Assembly: GCA_965217775.1 (NCBI GenBank)
Contig: CBDCJH010000002.1
Span: 2,304,001 to 2,368,000, forward strand
DNA length: 64,000 bases
From: Acidobacteriota bacterium
GTDB lineage: Bacteria; Acidobacteriota; UBA6911; RPQK01; JAJDTT01
Reading direction: 5' to 3'
Position 1 is the stretch's first letter. Each line of letters starts with the position of its first letter. Made by a program: the position numbers and the translations under genes. The notes below the pieces were generated by a model. That model ran no database searches. It had not been told where the DNA came from and saw only the letters and a list, made by a program, of their open reading frames with translations. Positions 59,371-64,000 of the stretch are shown piece by piece.

Positions 59371-61137
59371 ATGCAGTACTCCTCCCTGGGCCAGATCAAC
59401 CGCGAGAACGTCGGCCGCCTGAAGGAAGCCTGGGTCTACGACACGGGTGATTTCAGCGACGGCTCCGAGTTGCCCACCTTCTCCTCCTTCCAGGCCACGC
59501 CCTTGATGATTGACGGCGTCCTCTATGTCTCCACCGTCTTTCATCGCCTCCTGGCCCTCGATCCCGACACCGGAAAGAAGCTCTGGGAGTTCGATCCCAA
59601 GTTCGACCGCAACGAGCGGGTGAACATGTACAAGAGCCGCGGCATCGCCTACTGGACCGACGGAAAGGCCAAACGGATCTTTCTGGGGGACCAGTTGGGG
59701 CGCCTCTTCTCCGTGGACACCACCACCGGAAAGGCCGACTCGGCCTTCGGGACCGCGGGGATGGTGGACCTGAAGCAAGGGATGATGGGCGACTACGGTC
59801 ATCTCCGCTTCGGATTGGGGTCACCGGTGGCCCCCTGCGGCAACGTGCTGGTGGCGGGAAGCTGGGTCAGCGACGGCGAACCCCAGGGACCGAGCGGCGA
59901 CATCCAGGCCGTCGACGCCCGGACCGGGCGCCGGGTCTGGCGCTTCCACTCCATTCCCCGTCCGGGAGAATTCGGCCACGACACCTGGGAGGGAGACTCG
60001 TGGAAGGACCGGTCGGGTGTCAACGCCTGGTCCAACCTGAGCGTGGACGAAGAACGGCAGATGGTTTTCGTCCCCCTCACCTCCCCCGGCACCGACTTCT
60101 ACGGAGGGGACCGCAGAGGGGACAACCTCTTCAGCGACGCCATCGTGGCCCTGGACTGCCGCACCGGAAAGCGGGTCTGGCATTTCCAGACCATCCACCA
60201 TGACCTCTGGGACTGGGACCTGCCCTCGCAGCCGTCCCTGGTCACCGTGCGGCGCGACGGCAAGGCGGTTCCGGCAGTGGCCCAAACCACCAAGACCGGG
60301 TTCGTCTTCCTGCTCCATCGGGAAACGGGGAAGCCCCTCTTCGAAGTCCGGGAGCAGCCGGTGCCCCAGGGGAACATTCCCGGCGAGTACTACTCCCCCA
60401 CCCAACCCGTCCCGGTCAAGCCGCCGCCCTTTGCCCGCCAAGCCATGACCCGGGAGGAGATCACCGATGTCACTCCCGAGTCCCGGGCCGAGTGCCTGGA
60501 AATGGTCAAGGACGCCTATGTGGAGGGCCCCCTCTTTCGGCCCATAGGACTGCGGCTGACCGTCATGTTTCCGGGGACCAACGGCGGCTCCAACTGGGGC
60601 GGCGCGGCGTTCGACCCCGAGTCGCAGGTGCTCTACATCAACTCCATGGACGTGGGCGCCATCGTCCGGATGGTGAGCCGGCCCGAGGGATCCAAGGTCC
60701 CCTTCCGGGCCCGAGGCACCAAGTATGGGCGCTTCTGGGATTCCAATCAGTACCCCTGCCAGAAGCCGCCGTGGGGTTCGTTGACCGCCATCGACCTGAA
60801 CACGGGCGAGTTCCGTTGGCAGTCCATCCTGGGCGAATTCGACGAGCTGACGCGGCGAGGCGTCCCCAAGACCGGGACCCCCAGCCTGGGCGGCCCCATC
60901 GTGACGGCCGGCGGACTGGTCTTCATCGCCGCCACCAACGACAGCCGGTTCCGCGCCTTCGACAAAAAGTCGGGGGAGGAGATCTGGGTCCGGCGGCTGC
61001 CGGCCAGCGGCCACGCCACCCCCATGACCTATCTGGGACCCAAGACCGGCAAGCAGTTCGTCGTCATCGCGGCGGGCGGGGGAAACAAGTACAACAAGGT
61101 CTTCGGCGGCAAGCTCGTTGCCTTTGCCCTGCCGTGA
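59371..61137 (+). CDS. PQQ-dependent glucose/quinate-type dehydrogenase (N-terminus probably damaged)
   Basis: YSSLGQIN..NV, QATPL, HHDLWDWD, PGTNGG.NWGG, CQKPPWG; conserved WISYGGDPGG lies upstream in frame with no start codon. Confidence 0.88.
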   Translation: MQYSSLGQINRENVGRLKEAWVYDTGDFSDGSELPTFSSFQATPLMIDGVLYVSTVFHRLLALDPDTGKKLWEFDPKFDRNERVNMYKSRGIAYWTDGKAKRIFLGDQLGRLFSVDTTTGKADSAFGTAGMVDLKQGMMGDYGHLRFGLGSPVAPCGNVLVAGSWVSDGEPQGPSGDIQAVDARTGRRVWRFHSIPRPGEFGHDTWEGDSWKDRSGVNAWSNLSVDEERQMVFVPLTSPGTDFYGGDRRGDNLFSDAIVALDCRTGKRVWHFQTIHHDLWDWDLPSQPSLVTVRRDGKAVPAVAQTTKTGFVFLLHRETGKPLFEVREQPVPQGNIPGEYYSPTQPVPVKPPPFARQAMTREEITDVTPESRAECLEMVKDAYVEGPLFRPIGLRLTVMFPGTNGGSNWGGAAFDPESQVLYINSMDVGAIVRMVSRPEGSKVPFRARGTKYGRFWDSNQYPCQKPPWGSLTAIDLNTGEFRWQSILGEFDELTRRGVPKTGTPSLGGPIVTAGGLVFIAATNDSRFRAFDKKSGEEIWVRRLPASGHATPMTYLGPKTGKQFVVIAAGGGNKYNKVFGGKLVAFALP

Positions 61138-61147
61138 ACGGGGATTC

Positions 61148-61168
61148 GGGACTATAGAAAATAGTCCC
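61148..61168. terminator. Hairpin between convergent genes
   Basis: GGGACTAT-AGAAA-ATAGTCCC. Confidence 0.5.
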
Positions 61169-61230
61169 ATCGCGTTCTTTATATCCCACGATTCGGACCT
61201 CCAACCCCGCGTACGCACAGGCAATCAGAG

Positions 61231-61255
61231 TCGGCGGCTGGAAGCCGCCGCTCCC
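61231..61255. repeat. REP-like palindrome (family of 41750, inverted)
   Basis: TCGGCGGCTGGAAGCCGCCGCTCCC. Confidence 0.75.
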
Positions 61256-61264
61256 GGCCCGGTC

Positions 61265-62386
61265 TTACGCCGAGATCGTGGCGCGGCCGACCGTGCACTC
61301 TTCCAGCATTGCGGGGTCCGGCTCGGTTCCGTGGCCCGGCTCCTCCGATAGGCTCATGACAGGTTCGCCCGAAGGCCCCTGATCCAGGAACACCTCGGGC
61401 CGCGCCAGATCCTTCCGGTAGAAGCGGCTGGTGGGGAAGAGGTCGGCCGGGTAGGTGAAGTTCTCCAACGTGGCCAGAGCCAGGTTGACCCGGGCGCCCA
61501 CGGCGCTTTCCAACATGGACCCGATCCAGCAGGGGATCCCGGCCTCTCGGCACCGGTCGTGGATCTGCAGGGCCGGTGTCAGTCCTCCGACCCGGCAGGT
61601 CTTGATGTTGACGATTTGGCAACTCCCCATTTCGATAGCCTTCCGGGCCTTGTCGGGAGAAGTCACGCTCTCATCCAGACAGACGGGCGTTCTCAGTTCC
61701 TTCTGGAGCCGGGCGTGGTCCGCCAAGTCGTCGTACTGCAGCGGCTGCTCGATCATGGCCAGGCCCAGTTGATCGATCTCCCGGAACATCTCCAGGTCGG
61801 ACAGCCGGTAGCCGCTGTTGCAGTCGATGTGAAAGGTGTGATCGGGAAAGTTCTTCCGAACCTCCTTCAGGACGGGCAGGTCCCATCCCGGCCCGTACTT
61901 GAGCTTGGTCCGTTTGAAGCCCGCCTCCACGCCCCGGCCGATGGCCTCCAGCAGATCGTCCACCGAGTCCATGATTCCGAAGTCGGCCCCCACGTCCACC
62001 TGGGACCGCCGCCCTCCCAGGAGACGGTAGAGAGGAGTCTCCCGTCTCATGGCCTCCAGAACCCACCAGGCGCTGTCCAGGCCGCCTTTGGCGAACGAGT
62101 TTCCCTTGACGAACGAGAGCCGGGCCTGGAGTTCCTCTCCACTGTCGATTTCCTCACCCACCAGGATTGGCGCCAACCAGTCCCGGATGCAGGCGAAGAC
62201 GCCGCCCGCCCACTCCGGCAGGTATTGGGGCGCGGCCAGCGGCGCCGCCTCGCTCCAGGCGGCCAGTCCCTGCGACTCCATCCGGACCAGGACTGACTGA
62301 ACGGTCGCATCCTCACCGTAGGCGGTTCGCCAGGGATAGATGAGCGGCATGGCCACGTGGACCACTTCGATGGAATCGATTCTCAT
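61265..62386 (-). CDS. menC: o-succinylbenzoate synthase / N-acyl amino acid racemase
   Basis: RTKLK, IDCNSGY, MIEQP, CLDES, NIK..RVGG, GSMLES; no men genes nearby, so the racemase role is plausible. Confidence 0.85.
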   Translation of the reverse strand: MRIDSIEVVHVAMPLIYPWRTAYGEDATVQSVLVRMESQGLAAWSEAAPLAAPQYLPEWAGGVFACIRDWLAPILVGEEIDSGEELQARLSFVKGNSFAKGGLDSAWWVLEAMRRETPLYRLLGGRRSQVDVGADFGIMDSVDDLLEAIGRGVEAGFKRTKLKYGPGWDLPVLKEVRKNFPDHTFHIDCNSGYRLSDLEMFREIDQLGLAMIEQPLQYDDLADHARLQKELRTPVCLDESVTSPDKARKAIEMGSCQIVNIKTCRVGGLTPALQIHDRCREAGIPCWIGSMLESAVGARVNLALATLENFTYPADLFPTSRFYRKDLARPEVFLDQGPSGEPVMSLSEEPGHGTEPDPAMLEECTVGRATISA

Positions 62387-62465
62387 GGGTTCCAGGGTAT
62401 ACGGAAAGGCCCGCAACGGAAAACGGATCAGAGCCGGCCTCGGGCGGTCCGCCCGTACGACCGAT

Positions 62466-63197
62466 TCAGTGATCCATCCGCCGGAGCAGGCTGCCGAACC
62501 CTTCGATGGGTCGGGTCAGCCCCAGCTTCCGGAAGCTGGCCCAGATCGTGGACTGGTTGGAGGTCACCACGGGACGGCCCGTGATCCGCTCCAGCTCCTC
62601 CACCACCTCCAGGGACCGCCAAGCCGTGCAGGAACAGAAGAGCAGATCGGCCTCGGGCCGGCAGGCCTGGGAGGCGAACCGCACCACTGATTCCGGATCC
62701 TGATCGTTGATGCCCTGCTGTCCGGCGCCCACCGCAACCGGCTCGCCCTCCACGTTGAGGACGGTGAAGCCGGCGGTCTCCAGGTAGATGCGGAGCCTCC
62801 GGTTGCTCCAATCCGGGTAGGGGGTGGCTACCGAGATCTTGCGGGCGCCCATGAATCGCAGCGCCTCGACCACGGCCGGACTGGTGCCGATGGCGGGAAC
62901 CTTCGCCTTTCGCTCGATGAGAGCGAGCATCTCCCGATCCCAGCCGGCGCCCTTGAAGAAGCTCCCCGTGGTGCAGGCATAGACGATGGCGTCCACCCGG
63001 GCCGTGGACAGGTAGCGGGCGCCGCTCTCGATGTCCGTGTTCATCCGCTCCATGCCGTCTTCGCCCATGGAGTCGTTGGTCAGCCAGAGTCTCTGGCCGT
63101 GGACGGTCATGGACCGCGGCGCCACCAACTGGTAGTCCCCCTCGCAGGTGGTGTTGGTGGAGGGGACCATCAATCCGATTCGATGACGAATGCTCAT
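62466..63197 (-). CDS. Maleate cis-trans isomerase / Asp-Glu racemase family protein
   Basis: RIGLMVPSTNTT.E, YACTTGSF, ATPY, SCTAW, PVVTSNQ. Confidence 0.9.
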   Translation of the reverse strand: MSIRHRIGLMVPSTNTTCEGDYQLVAPRSMTVHGQRLWLTNDSMGEDGMERMNTDIESGARYLSTARVDAIVYACTTGSFFKGAGWDREMLALIERKAKVPAIGTSPAVVEALRFMGARKISVATPYPDWSNRRLRIYLETAGFTVLNVEGEPVAVGAGQQGINDQDPESVVRFASQACRPEADLLFCSCTAWRSLEVVEELERITGRPVVTSNQSTIWASFRKLGLTRPIEGFGSLLRRMDH

Positions 63198-63326
63198 TTT
63201 GGGAGTCTCCTGCAATAACGATCCTATCCGAACCAGGAGATTATACTGATACCGTCAGATGAGACGATCGACTTCATGGGACGCATTGTACTGCTCACGC
63301 AACGATCCGACCTTGTTTTTTCCATC

Positions 63327-63351
63327 TAGGGGCGCCCCTTGTGGGCGCCCT
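63327..63351. repeat. GTAG-type REP-like palindrome (related inverted copy at 46489-46512)
   Basis: TAGGGGCGCCCCTTGTGGGCGCCCT. Confidence 0.6.
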
Positions 63352-63436
63352 CCTTCGTCTAATCAGGAGGGGTGACTTCCAGAGGCCTATGCCTCAGTTT
63401 CCCCGTGGACTCATTCTCTCGTGGTCCATCGCGACT

Positions 63437-63461
63437 TCGGCGGTTGGAAACCGCCGCACCC
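63437..63461. repeat. REP-like palindrome (family of 41750, inverted)
   Basis: TCGGCGGTTGGAAACCGCCGCACCC. Confidence 0.7.
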
Positions 63462-63514
63462 AGGCCGTGACGCCGGGGGTTTCGTGCTATTCTGGACTCC
63501 ATCAGGCACCGAAG

Positions 63515-64000
63515 ATGCACAGGCCGCCTAGCTCTCTTTCCCCCATCCTGGTTCTGGCTGCAGGACTCCTGCTCCTGACCGGAAACCTCGTCACCGCACA
63601 ATCGGGGACGGGGAGTCTTCTGGGAACCGTGCGGGACGGTCAGAATGGGACCCTCAGCGGGGTCGAGCTGACCCTCACCCGGATCCAGACCAACGAAGTC
63701 TTCGTGGCTCTGAGCGCGGCGAACGGCAACTATCGCCTGGACGGGGTGCCCGTCGGCGACTATGAGATCGGAGTGAGTCTGGCCGGATACCAGAGTGAGG
63801 TGCGCACCGGGGTCCTGCTTCAGGTGGGGCAGACGGTTCGCCAGGACTTCAATTTATTGTCCGGGGACTCGGCTGAGGTCCGCCGCACCCAGGCGCAGGC
63901 TCTCCAATTGGAATCGGAGGACGCCGAGCTGGGACAGGTCATCGGCCGCAAGAAGCTGGAAGACATGCCGTTGAACGACCGCGACTTCACCAAGTTGGCG
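63515..64000 (+). CDS. TonB-dependent receptor, 5' part (runs off the window edge)
   Basis: Manual translation MHRPPSSLSPILVLAAGLLLL..AQSGTGSLLGTVRD...GNYRLDGVPVGDYEI...MPLNDRDFTKLA. Confidence 0.85.
   Translation, partial: MHRPPSSLSPILVLAAGLLLLTGNLVTAQSGTGSLLGTVRDGQNGTLSGVELTLTRIQTNEVFVALSAANGNYRLDGVPVGDYEIGVSLAGYQSEVRTGVLLQVGQTVRQDFNLLSGDSAEVRRTQAQALQLESEDAELGQVIGRKKLEDMPLNDRDFTKLA

Overview
GC-rich bacterial DNA, most consistent with an Acidobacteriota genome, possibly host/sponge-associated (Oar-type TonB receptors, a GWxTD protein, a TPR+CRTAC1 pair, a long ankyrin lipoprotein). Positions ~600-39540 behave like a ~39 kb insertion bracketed by a diverged duplicate of the 3' end of a MOSC gene. 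It carries a sigma54-type promoter, a TonB-dependent receptor and nine secreted GH32/GH43-like beta-propeller proteins (a tenth lies just outside), a 4.6 kb segmental duplication, and a nested IS cluster: two broken IS1380 copies, one holding an intact IS1182-like element and one holding an IS3 remnant, flanking an AT-rich 2TM orphan gene. The right part holds an MFS/racemase/M24/PTER-like catabolic operon, a Fur-boxed Fe3+ ABC transporter, two NCS2 permease-HATPase-like fusions, an AAA ATPase, a PQQ dehydrogenase and an OSBS/NAAAR gene. The most unusual item is a frameshifted tnpB in a 1265 bp element with 22 bp terminal inverted repeats and a perfect 8 bp target-site duplication, i.e. IS1595-like ends rather than IS200/IS605/IS607 ends. 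Three MITE families and REP-like palindromes are also present. All calls are by eye; no database searches were run.
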